From positions 38,254,001 through 38,318,000 of the forward strand of contig OZ231126.1 in NCBI GenBank assembly GCA_965153355.1: DNA of 64,000 bases. Reading direction: 5' to 3'. The translations under genes and the position numbers were made by a program. Positions 1 to 12,582 of this stretch are shown here, piece after piece. The DNA comes from Flaccisagitta enflata (Eukaryota). Numbering within the stretch: the first letter of the stretch is position 1; each line of letters begins with the position of its first letter. The notes beneath the pieces are model-generated. The model saw only the letters and a list, made by a program, of their open reading frames with translations. It was not told the DNA's origin and ran no database searches.

Positions 1-114
1 GGCGAGAAACAAAAGACACCGACATTGAATAATAAAGAAAGAAGAAAAGCCAAAAGCACGCAAAAGAAACAAAAGCACACATACTTAATAGACGGACGGA
101 CATACATTTCTAAC

Positions 115-415
115 ACCCTCATTCCTAATTTTACTCCTCTTACATCCAACTAATTTACTTTTTACTTTACCCTTTGCCCTAACACACTCATTTCTTGTTT
201 TACTCCTCTTACATCTAACTAATTGACTCTTACATTCCCCCTATCATTCTCATTGCTAGTTATACTCCTCTTACATCTGACTAATCCACTCTTTACTTCC
301 TCCCATTCCCCTTACACCCTCTTACTTCCGACTAATTCACTTTTTACTTCCTCCCCTTCGCCCAAACACTCTCTCTCCTAGTTTTACTCCTCTTACGTCC
401 GACTAATTTACTCTT
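115..415. repeat. Degenerate pyrimidine-rich tandem repeat (~65-70 bp unit)
   Basis: Recurring ttttactcctcttacatc(c/t)(a/g)actaatt motif, about 5 copies. Confidence 0.7.
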
Positions 416-846
416 TTTTTTTCGACTTCTCAGCTTTCGAGATTCTCGAGACTTGACCTAATTTCGTCCAACGGAAGTCGTCTCACCGACTTATTGACAT
501 TTCTGATACAAAGAACAGTGGACAACTAGACAACTGGACAGAAGACAAATACTTTTGGCATATCTTACCCGCCTCTAACGATGGCACCTCTCACATAATT
601 AAACGAACTGGCAAAATGACCAAAATTGATAGAAATAATGCATTCACTGGGCTGAAATTTGACACAGAGGGGGCTAAAATATAGTATTTTCGCAATCCGG
701 CGCAAAATTGTGTACCAGGGAAAGTGCGTGGCTCTCAGCATGTTTTATGCCAAAAATCCAGTAAAAGATTTTGACTGATTTTGACAAGTAAATTTTTGAT
801 GATGAGATAACATAAAACTGCTTAAAATTTACCATGAAATGAATTA

Positions 847-1192
847 CCGTATTTCCTCTAATTAACGCCCCCCCTCTAATTAGCGCCCCCCCCCCCTCTT
901 TTAAAAAAAAATCCCCAAAACTAAGCTTCTCATTCTAGTGAAAATTATAGATACACATAATGAATACACAAATTAATTTTATTTTTTGTTTCTTTTTAGC
1001 TTCATGTGTGGATTTTTCTGTTGAAATCACATATTTTTATCTTTCCCTATCCTAAATCTTCTGTTTTACTTTAATTTTCAGTAATTTTTCTTAGTCTTGC
1101 ATGCTACAGGGGGGCGCTAATTAGAAAGTGAAAAAGGCAATGTCATTTTGCAATTTTGTAAGCGCCCCGGGCGCTAATTAGGGGAAATACGG
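847..1192. mobile_element. Tc1/mariner-pogo-type MITE
   Basis: TA|CCGTATTTCCTCTAATTAACGCCC ... GGGCGCTAATTAGGGGAAATACGG|TA: TIRs plus TA TSD. Confidence 0.85.
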
Positions 1193-1814
1193 TAATGTTC
1201 AAATTCCTGTACCACTAATAGACAAAAACGAGTCAACGGTACCAAAATACAGTCATTGACAGCTGCAAAAAGTATCAAAACTCTTTGTCAAATGTAATGG
1301 TTTTAGCAACGAACTTGAAGCTCAACCTTACCTAAATTTGCATGAAATCATTTCATGGGGCTATTTACAGCTATTGGTTGACAAGATTTGAAGTTTTTTT
1401 GTAGCACCCTCATGGGAATAACATGTTTTGATATGATCATTAACCTGGACTCCTGTTTCGGACTTTAAAAACGCAAATATGGACAATTTCTGATCCCAGT
1501 TCGCCTTAATTTGTGAGAGGTGTTAATTTAGTATGCAGCCATTCCCTTTGGGCCTACACCCTCACTCCTTCCCAAAAGGCATACAAATTACAGTGGACCA
1601 ATGCAACGAATCTTACAGACAAATTTCAACTGCCTCTTATGATGGCTCTTAAACTTCAGTCTGCACCCTAAACCCTCATTCCTTCCTAAACTGGATGCTG
1701 ATGCTCTACGAAACCCGGTGATCAATACCCTGAAACAGCAGACGAGTTCTATGATAAGATTCTTATCTACTATTCATCAAACTCGGATTGTAATTTGAGA
1801 GACTGCTTGAAAAA

Positions 1815-2050
1815 CCGAGTGACGCGGGGTCCCAATATCTTCGCGGACGGGTGGGCAGGAGCATACAACACCCACCCCTTTCCAACTCCCTCCTTCACAC
1901 CCCCTCCCATGCCTCGTCCCACATACCCACGGCATCTCAGACTTGATTTCACACTCTCCTACCTGAGCGTGACTGATGGACCAACAGTCGGAAGGATGGA
2001 CTAACAGACGGACAAAGCATCTTTTAGTGTTGCTAGTCTGCGACTAAAAA
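1815..2050 (-). mobile_element. Short HINE/DINE-1-like (Helentron-derived) dispersed repeat
   Basis: Same family as 18659-18853 and 62233-62450: gtgacgcggggtc...gcggacgggtgggcagg...GGAC microsatellite...gcgactaaaaa. Confidence 0.7.
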
Positions 2051-2579
2051 GTTAGAGGAAATTGCGTTCGCCACGTGGTTATGGCAGAACAGTCCAGTGG
2101 CCAAACATGAGCCATGAGCCATAAGCCATGGGGCTCCTCGAGGATCATCTCTAAACGATAAACGTGGAAAACCAGCACGCGATTGTTGGCTTTGAATAGT
2201 CAATTGAATAGTGATCAACATCACAAATTCTTTTTCTTTTCTTTGCTTAAAAGCCTTCACTCATCAAGGACCATATCAAGCCGTCCTCTCAACACTTCAT
2301 TCATGCCCTCTCTGACCTTGTTATGCCAATCCCCAAAACTTGACGACTGGACCTTCGCCTTAGTTCCTGGGTGACCCCGAGAAAGAGAGCAAGATGCCGA
2401 TGATGAGCGAGATACCAGAGGAAGAAATCGGGGTTTTATCGCTCTCCCTTCAACTACGCCTGTCGATGTTTAATGATGAGAAAACGATAGGATAAAGAAA
2501 AAAAAAGAACAAAACAAAAAAGGCATTCAAGCATTCAGGGTGCTTTTGACTTATCCTGCGCAACAACATTCTTTTCGGG

Positions 2580-3205
2580 TTTCGCGTATAGCGAAGCGAT
2601 GAGTAACGGTAGCAAAAAAAAAAAACGGAACAAAATGTTTTTTAAAGATTCAAAAGCATCCAATGAGAAAAACATAGCAAAATCCATGACCGTTTGAAAG
2701 CTCTGCGAAAGATCTTCAAAATGAGACCATGCTGGCTGTTCTGTCTTTATTCGTTAAGTAATGAGACAGCAATAAAGAAGAGGTGGTCATGAATGTAAAG
2801 GTTGAAGTCATAGAAGTTGTTCCTCTTTGTTATTTTATAAAAAAAGATAGAAAAATAATAATTTGAACTTTTTTCTTAGTGAAATTTATAGATTTTTAAA
2901 TTTTCTTTCATTCTAGACCAATCCCAGATCTGTATCTCAAACCGTTTAAAAGTTAGAGCTTGTTAAAGTGAACCAATATTTTTTCAAAACTTTTTTATTC
3001 AATCTGACTGCAAATTGAATATGGCAATGTTTTCATTCATTCTTACGCCATTTCTAAACGGATAAAGCTAGAATGACCAGCAACGTCGCATATGAAAGAT
3101 CATTTGCAGAGCTTTCAAACGGTCATGAATTTTCTATGGTTAGAATCATCACGTAAGCAAAAATCATCAAAACAATTTGTTCGGTTTTTTTTTTGCTACC
3201 GTTAC
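2580..3205. mobile_element. Palindromic MITE remnant sharing its core with 21066-22059 and 47416-48399
   Basis: gtaacggtagcaaaaaa / ttttttgctaccgttac inverted repeat around the shared agcaaaatccatga...gaaagctctgcgaaagatct core. Confidence 0.6.
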
Positions 3206-3700
3206 CAGACTAAGAATCCTTATCAGCTCATTATGTTTTCTATCTTTGCATCCACACTCATTGCCAAAGGCTTTGGTTTGGTGATGATAGCAACAATAGC
3301 GATGAAACTGTTGGCGTCGCCAACTTAGTGATGCTATTGCGGTGATGATAGAGAAAATATTTTCTTGCAATATCATCAGTAGGGACCTATTAGTTTAACA
3401 TGATTAAAATTCGCAATTCTATTAGTCCGATGGTCCGTGCATCCGTTTGTCCGTTTGATGGTATGTCGGTCCGTTTCGCCTTTGGAAATCACGCGGCTGA
3501 CGCATCGAGTAGGCGGATCAGTCTTGTTGAAATCTTGGTGACAGACAAAGACATAATTTTTTTTTAAGAAGTTTTTTTTTCAAAACTTCGCCTGCACAGA
3601 TAAGGCAACTCGTCTCAAAACAAGGTCAAGTTAAAGCCAATAAGTGCCCCTCGCTTGATTAAGAATTTGTGAATGAACGTTTTTCATGAATGAATGAATG

Positions 3701-3759
<59 letters not shown>

Positions 3760-4419
3760 GAAAATGAATGTGGTAAGGCATGAAAGTTGATAGGAATGAA
3801 GAAATACGTCAGAATCAGCCGTTTTGCACATTTTAAACGTTTGCGTGACCGACCGACCGACGAACCGACCGACCAACCGACCGACGGACATGACCTCTTA
3901 TAGAAGTGCAAGGACCCACTTAAAAAGAAACATATCTGAGAGATATAGAAAGGTATTTAAGAGTGTGAGAAAGAAGATCGAAATAAAGGTGCAAAAAATC
4001 AGTCACTTGAAGCCTCTTGAAGTCACTGAAAGGCTTATCGGTTCTCAATTGCGCAAATCAACAATCATCCCAACGTTATAACACACCCCTTGACTCGGAA
4101 AACACAATTGTCCAATCATGGGCAAATGAAATATCGTTATTAGCTTCTTTTCCTTCTGAAAAAATCCATCTAAAACCGATAGATTTGCAGTTACATAGAT
4201 CCCTTGACATCCGTTATTGCACGATTTAACTGTATACCATATTATTACAAAATGGCGTGAAGCCTTATTCGTTAAAAATGAAATCAAACAAAGATAATTA
4301 GCACATTTGTTAGAATATACTCAATGTGTTCTACCTCGCAGACAAAGACTTGATAATTCTTTTTTTCATCATTATTTTTGCTGAAGTCTAACTAAAAAGA
4401 TTTTCAAAATTCTTTAAAA

Positions 4420-4853
4420 ATCTTTTTTTTATATATAAGAGACAGATTTTTTTAACTCAGCCTGGGTGTTCATAAATTTTCGTCTGTTTTTAGCCTGAAA
4501 TTCTCTTAAAGTGTTCTTAATTTGTTCGATGTTCATAAATGTCTAATTTGTATAAAAATACCTTATTTAGAGCAGTTGTATCTTAAACTTGATAATTGTT
4601 TTATTTTTGTTGATATAATGCCTGATTTCATAAGCAAACTAAGAAAAGAAGTTATTTTTAAAGATAAACAACCTATATTTCAGAAAAATTTGAATTAAAT
4701 TCATTTTTTTAGATAAGAAACTTGAATAAAATTGTTTTCGAAAATGACCAAACTGAATCTCAGCCTGGGCATTCTCTTATTTTGTTCTTAAAATTTCGGC
4801 AAATCTCAGGCTCATGTCTCTTATAAACTGGTCTCTTATTAAAAAAAAAAGTG
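4420..4853. mobile_element. MITE (CAC...GTG ends, TA TSD family), inverted copy of 46131-46549
   Basis: Right end gtctcttattaaaaaaaaaagtg|ta; body is the reverse complement of 46131-46549; left end degenerate. Confidence 0.75.
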
Positions 4854-4973
4854 TATTTCATCAATATATACTAAGTAATTTATGATATGATTAAGCAATG
4901 AAGGTTTTTTATTTGCCCACGGTTACATATTCTAAATAACACTGAGTGCGACATCAGCCAAAGATGCCCACTC

Positions 4974-7397
4974 ATGTCGGCAGCGTCCACCACCAGTTCC
5001 GTCAGGCGGAGCTCTTCCGCAAGTAACGACAGAATTCCGTCTGAACTAGAGGATCTGAGAAGAGACATCATCGATGCCGGAGATGCTTACTGCGCGGCGC
5101 ATAAACGCTTTGAAACCAGAACTGATGATGAAAAGAGAAAGGCCACTGCGCCCGGCGTCAATCGAATGCGCCATGACTTCGGAAAAAAGATCCAGAATTA
5201 CATCGAGAAAGTTCAACTGTTTGCGAGCGACCTCAACCCTAACGACGCTGACAGCTTTCTTGCGGTTGAAGCGAGTTTTTATGATACATATTGGCGAATC
5301 TGGGAGAGAACGTCCTTCTTCGGTAACGCCAAGTATTTGGAGATCAATGTCCTTTCACCGGAAAATGTACTTGCTTTCCCACATCGAAAACAATCTGCTG
5401 AAAGCAAGTACCGCACCAGAGAGACGAACCCTACTCTAAGTATCAAACATCAAGCTCCGACTATTCCAAGCACTTCACTTCGGTCTAAACATCCAAATTC
5501 CAAAACTGACAGGGTTCGTCACCACGTAAAGACATCGATAGCCTCCTCCATCCTTCCTATTCAATCCAGTGATGAAAACAGAATTACTTATGTTCTGAAT
5601 TGGTTACAAAATAGTCCAACGCCACCGCCAAAACCCGAAGATGAGAACGACACGGCATCTACTGCGAGCAGCCGAAGTAGTAAGTCACGAGTCGGGATCA
5701 CGGGTAAAGACTGGCTGTCAATGTTGCTATACATCGACTACACGGGCCATAAAAAAAATCGACACGAACTGTGCGACTTAACTCCCTTTATTTATCATAC
5801 TGGAAATTTAACTCACTCTTCTCTAAGAGCGATTATAACCAGCGCTAGTTTCTATGTGATAAGTCTGGACGAAAAGAAATTTGCACCAAAATCTGTTGAG
5901 CCGATTTGTCAACATCATGTCATCGAATTCGCCTCGGAAACAAAATTTGTCTTCACAGTGGAAAAAAATAAGAGATGTATTGTCCTTCAATGCTGCCGAG
6001 CTCCAGAAGATCAGCAAGTTCCCTTAATTCGGTCTGAAGTAGATGGAACAAAAAGGAAAAATTTTGAAACGATGAAACTCATTCGCCGAAGAATGCTTGA
6101 TAATGGTAAAACAGTGTCACATATCATCAGTTTGATACAAAAACAAGGGGAATTGGATGAACCATACAATATCGCAATATCTAACTGTCAGGACTTTGCA
6201 AGGAGTGTTTGGCACTGTTTGACTGGTGAACAGTTGCCTAATGCCGCAAAATTCTCTCAGCTGACTTCTAAGGCACCATCATCGCCATCATCAGATAAAG
6301 ATGATGCCTCAAAAAGCGTTTTTGGGAAGCTCAAGCGCTCCCTTTCTTTAAAACGCTCACGGACATCTAGTGAACGTGAATCACAGTCAGGAAACGATGA
6401 AATTACCAAATTATCGAGCGACCCTGATACAACAGCATCTAGCATTCATAGTTTGATGCCATCCAGTCGACCTCCATCCCTTCTATCCATTCCTTCCACT
6501 CCATCAAACTCTGTTTCTTTATCTTCTTCTAACGAATCTCCACGGTCATACCTTCGCGACAAAAAAGATCGCGCCAATGCCCTCGAATGCGACGGAGGAT
6601 CAACATCCTCAACCATGATTTTGTCCAACACTTCCAAGTCGATATTTAGAAGTAAGGGCAAAACGCCGTTTGTCGTAAATCAATGGAACTCCAAGCTGGT
6701 TTACGTCACTTTCAATATGAACAATGAGGCTAACCGTTACGAGCTAAGTGATCTAAGTCTATTTATCCTCGACGAGCCAACGAGAAGCTCAAAAATAAAG
6801 AACGTCACCATTTTCTCAATAGCTCCGGATCATCCATTGATACCAAAGGGTCTCGGCATTGAACTAAGTTCAAAGCATCATTTTATCGAACTGGAGTCAG
6901 ATTCTGGTTTTTTGTTTTCTCTAGAAAAGAACAAGAAATGTATACTACTCCAAAAGTGTCTTATTCCATCAGACAATGAGGTACCGGTTATCCGGAAGCG
7001 TGCCGATACTAAAGCTCGTGGCAACATAGAATCCCTTCAACTCGTCAAAAGCCCAACGCTTAGTACGCGTAAAACTATCACTGATATCCTTGAATGGATT
7101 CGAACCGAAGATGAACTCCATAAACCGGGCAACACCAACGCGTCATGTTACAAGCCTTTTCACCAGAGGGTTTGGGATTTTATGTTGACGAGGCCCTCCT
7201 CTCTCGTCTTACCGCAAGAGCGTCTTCCACCAGTACCAGAAATCTCGATCCGAAAGAAAAGTGCGACCTTCAGTCGGCACGACCCGACCCGCCTTCCATC
7301 CCGCAGAATGAAGGAGAAAAAAAATCGCAGTTCCAATGCATCCATCTGGGATAGCAGACGTCTCTTTTTCTCACAGCCTAACCTTACCGAATATTAA
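4974..7397 (+). CDS. Intronless 807-aa protein with two tandem permuted papain-like (LRAT/PPPDE/NlpC-P60-type) domains separated by Ser-rich linkers
   Basis: Long complex ORF with higher GC than the flanks. Internal repeat: HHVIEFASE..FTVEKNKRCIVLQ vs HHFIELESD..FSLEKNKKCILLQ. Domain 1 has YNIAISNCQDF (His-before-Cys order). Family inferred from motifs only. Confidence 0.85.
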   Translation: MSAASTTSSVRRSSSASNDRIPSELEDLRRDIIDAGDAYCAAHKRFETRTDDEKRKATAPGVNRMRHDFGKKIQNYIEKVQLFASDLNPNDADSFLAVEASFYDTYWRIWERTSFFGNAKYLEINVLSPENVLAFPHRKQSAESKYRTRETNPTLSIKHQAPTIPSTSLRSKHPNSKTDRVRHHVKTSIASSILPIQSSDENRITYVLNWLQNSPTPPPKPEDENDTASTASSRSSKSRVGITGKDWLSMLLYIDYTGHKKNRHELCDLTPFIYHTGNLTHSSLRAIITSASFYVISLDEKKFAPKSVEPICQHHVIEFASETKFVFTVEKNKRCIVLQCCRAPEDQQVPLIRSEVDGTKRKNFETMKLIRRRMLDNGKTVSHIISLIQKQGELDEPYNIAISNCQDFARSVWHCLTGEQLPNAAKFSQLTSKAPSSPSSDKDDASKSVFGKLKRSLSLKRSRTSSERESQSGNDEITKLSSDPDTTASSIHSLMPSSRPPSLLSIPSTPSNSVSLSSSNESPRSYLRDKKDRANALECDGGSTSSTMILSNTSKSIFRSKGKTPFVVNQWNSKLVYVTFNMNNEANRYELSDLSLFILDEPTRSSKIKNVTIFSIAPDHPLIPKGLGIELSSKHHFIELESDSGFLFSLEKNKKCILLQKCLIPSDNEVPVIRKRADTKARGNIESLQLVKSPTLSTRKTITDILEWIRTEDELHKPGNTNASCYKPFHQRVWDFMLTRPSSLVLPQERLPPVPEISIRKKSATFSRHDPTRLPSRRMKEKKNRSSNASIWDSRRLFFSQPNLTEY

Positions 7398-7680
7398 ACC
7401 GACTTGGATCAACAAAATTCAAATGGTGAATTTACAAAATTCGATTTCTCATGGTGAATCTAGGAAATCGGTCACCGTATGGCCTAATGGTAGTTACTCG
7501 GAAAAAATGCCTCGGCATAACGGCCCATACTGGGTGATAGTATGAACCCTCCCCATCACGTTCATACCAAGAGCCAAATGTTCTACTTGGAAATTAGGCC
7601 AAAATGGCCTGATTTGGCCATTTCTCAGGCCATTTTGGCTATATCATGGAATTTGCGGCTTTTTTTCCATATCACTGGAT

Positions 7681-8187
7681 TTTTAGTCGCGTGAACGCGA
7701 CTCTAGAAGCCGCTATGTCGGTCGGTCGGTCGGTCGGTCGGTCGGTCGGTCGGTCGGTCGGTCTGTCCGTCTGTCCGTAACTTTTTTGAAATATAGGCTT
7801 TATAGTCGTTTCAAAGGTTATTGAAGGTTATTAAAGGTAATTATAGGTAATTTTTGGTAATTTTAGGTAATCTTAGGTAATTATAGGTAAATATAGGTAT
7901 TTTAGTAATCTGTATCATGTAAGTCAGAAAGGTTGTCTCGGACTATGAATTGAGGTAATTGTAGGAAATATAGGAAATAATGGGTAATTATAGATAATTA
8001 AAGATAATTTATGGTAATTTAATGTAATTGTAGGTAATTATAGGTATTTACAGGTAGTTGTAGGTAAATGTGGGTAATTATAGGAAGATATAGGTACTTA
8101 GTTATCTTCATTATCTTTATTACCTTAATTACCTTAATTACCTTTATTACCCTCATTACCACGCGACTAAGGTTTGTTGACCTTGTT
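7681..8187 (+). mobile_element. HINE/DINE-1-like element with (taggtaatta) minisatellite
   Basis: 5' TTTT-AGTCGCGTGAACGCGACT palindrome, (GTCG)n, tandem array, 3' subTIR CACGCGACT plus hairpin ending CTTGTT. Confidence 0.8.
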
Positions 8188-8213
8188 TTCGCTGAAACTG
8201 ATAACAACTGGTA

Positions 8214-8811
8214 TGACAGCGTCCCCCCGAAGGCAACATTTGTGTTTCAAAGAGGGTCAAAATGGAAATTTTGAATGAATGGAAATGGAAAAACAAGTGA
8301 ATAAAAATGATTCAGATAGCTCAGACATAATGTTTAAAAGAAAAATTTGCATTGATTTAGCAAGAAGGATCAAGTTTAGCCAATGTTACTTAAAAAGATT
8401 TATTGAAAATTTCTACTTTTTTCATTTTTGGTTACTGACAGGGGGCTGGTCTAAATTCTAAGTTTGCATAGAAAATGAAAATATCAAAAAACAAAGAACA
8501 TAGTTCTCTTCCCAAATCGATTGCAGAGAGAACTATGTTTTTCAAAATGCAAAATTTCCCTGTGTATGGCTTCCTTAGAATTTAGACCACAGAAAATGAG
8601 AAATTTGCTGAAAACCATCATTTTCCTGCTTATTTCCATGTCAATCGCATAGTTCAAATTACTTTTTAGGTCAGATTACGATATAATGGTATACACCAGG
8701 TGTCTTTAGAGACAAAATATCTACTAACAGCATTCCAGCTTCATTATTGTCTTGATAATGATGCAAAAAGTATGGTGAAACACTTAATTTTCCTTTGAAA
8801 ATTCGCCGTCG
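8214..8811. mobile_element. TA-flanked MITE; related inverted copy at ~39900-40507
   Basis: ta|tgacagcg ... cgccgtcg|ta; ggcaacatttgtgtttcaa and catagttctc segments match 40190-40507 in reverse. Confidence 0.65.
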
Positions 8812-9150
8812 TATCTTTTGAGACTATGAATACTTGCCAGGCAAAAAAAAGAAATAATCCGGTCAAATTGACCTAATATAGCCTGATTAAACACATTTTT
8901 CTGGCTTAAAATCTTATTTCATTGATTATCAAGCATTTAGAGTGTTTGTTCAAGCTTTCCTTCTCTGTAACTGTTACCTCATAAACAATATACACTGAAT
9001 ATATACAATCTTGGCCAGAAAACCCTAAATCTCAGGTCAAAATGAAGTAATTAGGCCACATATTGTCATTTTACAGCCCTTAAATCTCTATTGGAAGGCA
9101 TGAAGCTTTGATGACTGATAATTGATCATTTTCCCTCAAGAATTTCAAAC

Positions 9151-9151
9151 C

Positions 9152-9247
<96 letters not shown>

Positions 9248-9598
9248 CGCAGTTGTTGTTGCTGTTGTTGTTGCTTTTGTTGTTGCTGTCGCTGTTATTG
9301 TTGCTTTTGTTGTAGATGCTGTCGTTGTTGTTGTCATTGTCGTCATTGGTGTTGATATTGTTAACTGCTTTGTCAATGTAGTTGTTGTTGTTGTTGTTAT
9401 TGCTGTGAATGTTGTTATTGGTTTGTTGTTGTTTTTTTCAATGTTGTTGTTGATGTTGTTATAGTCGTTATTGTTGTTGTTGTTGTTGTTTTGTTGTTGA
9501 TGTTGTTTCAGTCATCGTTGTTTCTGTCGTTGTTGTTGTTGTTGTTGTTGTCTTTGTTGTTGTTTTTGTTCTTGTTGTTGTTGTCTTTGCTGTTGTTT

Positions 9599-9665
<67 letters not shown>

Positions 9666-9679
9666 CTTTGTTGTTGTTT

Positions 9680-9726
<47 letters not shown>

Positions 9727-9830
9727 AATTTTGTTATTGTCTTTGTTGTTGTTGTCATTTTTATTGTTGTTGTTGCTGTTGATGTTTTTGTTGTCATCAT
9801 TGTCATTGTTGTTGTTGTTATTGTTGTCGT
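9151..9830. repeat. (GTT)n microsatellite and degenerate derivatives
   Basis: Direct inspection; source of the poly-T/C/L/N ORFs. Confidence 0.95.
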
Positions 9831-10426
9831 TTAGGTTGTATCTGTTGTTGCTAGCTATACAAAATTGCACAGGATCTCATTTTCATTAGGCAATATTTGT
9901 ATTCCTTCTTTAACTTTTGTTTTATTATAAGTTAGACAGTTGTGGATAAGCAAGTTCTGGCGTTGGAAGCTTTGACAGAAATGCCAAGCCACTTGAATTT
10001 CGCTGAAGGCTGTTTTGTTGCGGATATGCGACTCCAGCTTGCCGGGTCATTCCGTTGGTCTGTCAGTTGGTCGGTCGGTCACATTTTTGATTTTCTAGTG
10101 GTTTTCACATTACTGCTCCTGCACAACCATCTGCAACTGGACTGCCGTGTATCTGGCCTTGTTTGATTGCGTGCTAGTGACATTGTGTTTGGTGTTGAGC
10201 ACGTAACTATATACAAATCAGTTGTTTGGTCTGTCAGAGCATTCTTACTTACCATTTGTAAAAGAACGATGCTCGTGTCATGGTCAACATTGATTCCTGA
10301 GTTAATGATTGATAAGTTATCTCTTCAATGTCGTTTACGCCACAAAAGGACTGGAATGTGGAAGTCGAATATGTCATTCAGTAAACATTCCACAAGGCTA
10401 ATACTCCAGAGAAAATAGCAGCCCAA

Positions 10427-11600
10427 AGGCAATAAGTGGTCAGCGGTACCCGTGCCCTGCTTGAGTAGTGTGTGACTTAAGTTGAGGGGGAGTAGGGCAG
10501 CAGCCCCGAAGGAGACAAAGACCTGTAGTACACAGGGGGAATCTGCCTGTCAGTACGTCTGTCCATTTGTCCGTTCATCCGCTTGTCCATTTGTCCCCCC
10601 CTGCCCCACCCTCAGGGTTTTGTCTCCTTTGGGGCCTATTCTGATCTAAATTCGGCCAAATATCCCAAATCCAAGCAATATGGCCCAAATCTAAGCAAAA
10701 TGGCCCAAATCCATGCATAATGGCCCAAATCCAAGCAAAATGGCCCAAATCCGGTCAGAATCTTGATATACTACCTAGGAAATATGTTTGGCGACACCTT
10801 CAATGAGAGATAGCTCAACTTTTCCTCAAGATAAGTAAACAAAATTTATGAGCATTTTAAACTACTTCAAAAACTCTACAATCTGAGCGCAATCTCGTCT
10901 TTGTGCGTCAAACCGATTAGAAATGACATATGTTTGAAGTTGCTTATATACTTTCAAAATTGGCAAAAAAATTTGAATTTATTTATTCCTCTGCTCTTCC
11001 ATCTTTGAAATGCTCTCAAATTTTAAAAAGATGTAACAGAAACATGCGGACATGTGGATTTTTAATCAGATTTTGGAAGGGGAGCAGTTCAGATTTATAA
11101 CCAAAATGACCAAAATCTACTATCATTACCTCAACCACCTCTTAGTTTAGATAAACAAACCAAACTGGCTGTCTCTTAATTGGATTGAAGATTATTTTTT
11201 TCCTTTGTTCTAGTTAGTATGAATATAAAAATAATTAAAACCAATCAGAGACATGAGTTTTGAGCACATGAGGGGGGAAGTATACTGCCAACCCTAAGTG
11301 TCGCCAAACTTTTTTCCTAGATAGTAGGAGGCCACAAAATAGGTCTAGGGGGCCAAAATGAAAGACCTCAGGCCAAAATTGGGGTTTTCTGGAAAGATTT
11401 GGGCCAGTTTGCTTGGATTTGGGCCATTATGCTTGGATTTGAGCCATTTTGCTTATGTTTGGGCCATATTGCTTGGATTTGGGCTATTTTCCAGAATCTA
11501 GGTCAGGATAGGCCCCAAAGGAGACAAAGCCCTGAGGATGAGGCAGGGGGGACGGACGGATGGACGAATGGACAGATTCCCCCGTGTTCTACAGATCATA
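10427..11600 (-). mobile_element. IR-flanked minisatellite element (family of 12583-13555) with a nested MITE
   Basis: gggcagcagccccgaagg..ctgtagtacacagggg and cccgtgttctacag; 20-bp tggcccaaatccaagcaaaa arrays in opposite orientations. Confidence 0.7.
10771..11324. mobile_element. TA-TSD MITE with CTA(C/T)CTA termini
   Basis: ta|ctacctaggaaatatgtttggcgacac ... gtgtcgccaaacttttttcctagatag|ta. Confidence 0.8.
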
Positions 11601-12582
11601 TACACAGCAATCCAGTTGCTGACAGTTGGGCCGGCTCAGTAATGCAAAAATCGCTCAGAATTCAGAAATATTGAGGACGGACAGACTGACCAACCTTCCT
11701 ACCGACCAACATGGCAAGGTGTAGAGCTGCGTGTATGCGTCTAAAAAACGGATACTACGCTATCAAATTTTCATGCCTCTAGACAAGTTTTTTAGGAGGA
11801 AAGAACATGTTTATTTGGCCATATTGGGCCATTTTGGCCTGATATCAAGGTTGCCCTATCCAAAAGTGTACCCATGCCGAAGAGATACACCCTAATACAC
11901 CCTTGCATAATAATTCTAAAGTAAAAAAAAACTAGGCTCTGCATTTTAAATCCTTTTACTCTTTAAAATGGATTTTTGGCCTTAAATCAGGCCATATTAG
12001 GTCAATTTGACCAGATTTTTTTCTTGCTTTAGCCCGGCATGTATCTAGAGAGTCATAGATTACCCATTGGCATCAGTTTTGGTAATAAAAATCCAGACAT
12101 ATGAAAAACAAGCCGCAAATCCCATGAAAGAGCCGAAATGACCTGAGAAATGGCCATATTAGGCCATTTTGGCCTAATTTCCAAGTAGAACATTTGGTTC
12201 TTGGTATGGAGGTGATGGGGAGGGTCCATACTACCGCCCAGTATGGGCCGCTATGCTGAGGCATTTTTTCCGAGTAACTACCGTTAGGCCATACAATGCG
12301 GTGTTACTGTCCGATAAATGCTCGAATAGGATTGCCTCGCTGTCTTCGGTAAAGAAGGATAAAATTTCAAATGACTCTTCCATACCCAATTTTGATGGCT
12401 TATTAAATTCGTGGCCTGTTTGATCGAGAGTAATTTATATTGTTTCCAATGAACAAAATCTTCAATCTGATTTATTAATAAGTAGTCGCTTACTGGTGGG
12501 CAGGGGCAGTTATGCGAATAGGCCGGGGCAATATGTAGGTGCGCAGGCGCTGTAAAATGGCCGGGCAGGGAACGTAATGCTC

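Larger units (their letters stand above)
7473..12298. mobile_element. Chapaev-like non-autonomous element with long TIRs, inflated by nested insertions
   Basis: cggt|CACCGTATGGCCTAA ... TTAGGCCATACAATG|cggt: 4-bp TSD. TIR 7473-7680 matches 12085-12298 and continues at 8850-8890 vs 11985-12020. Confidence 0.8.

Noticed and set aside
9080-9889. Poly-Thr/Cys/Leu/Asn ORFs
   Set aside because: (GTT)n microsatellite translations
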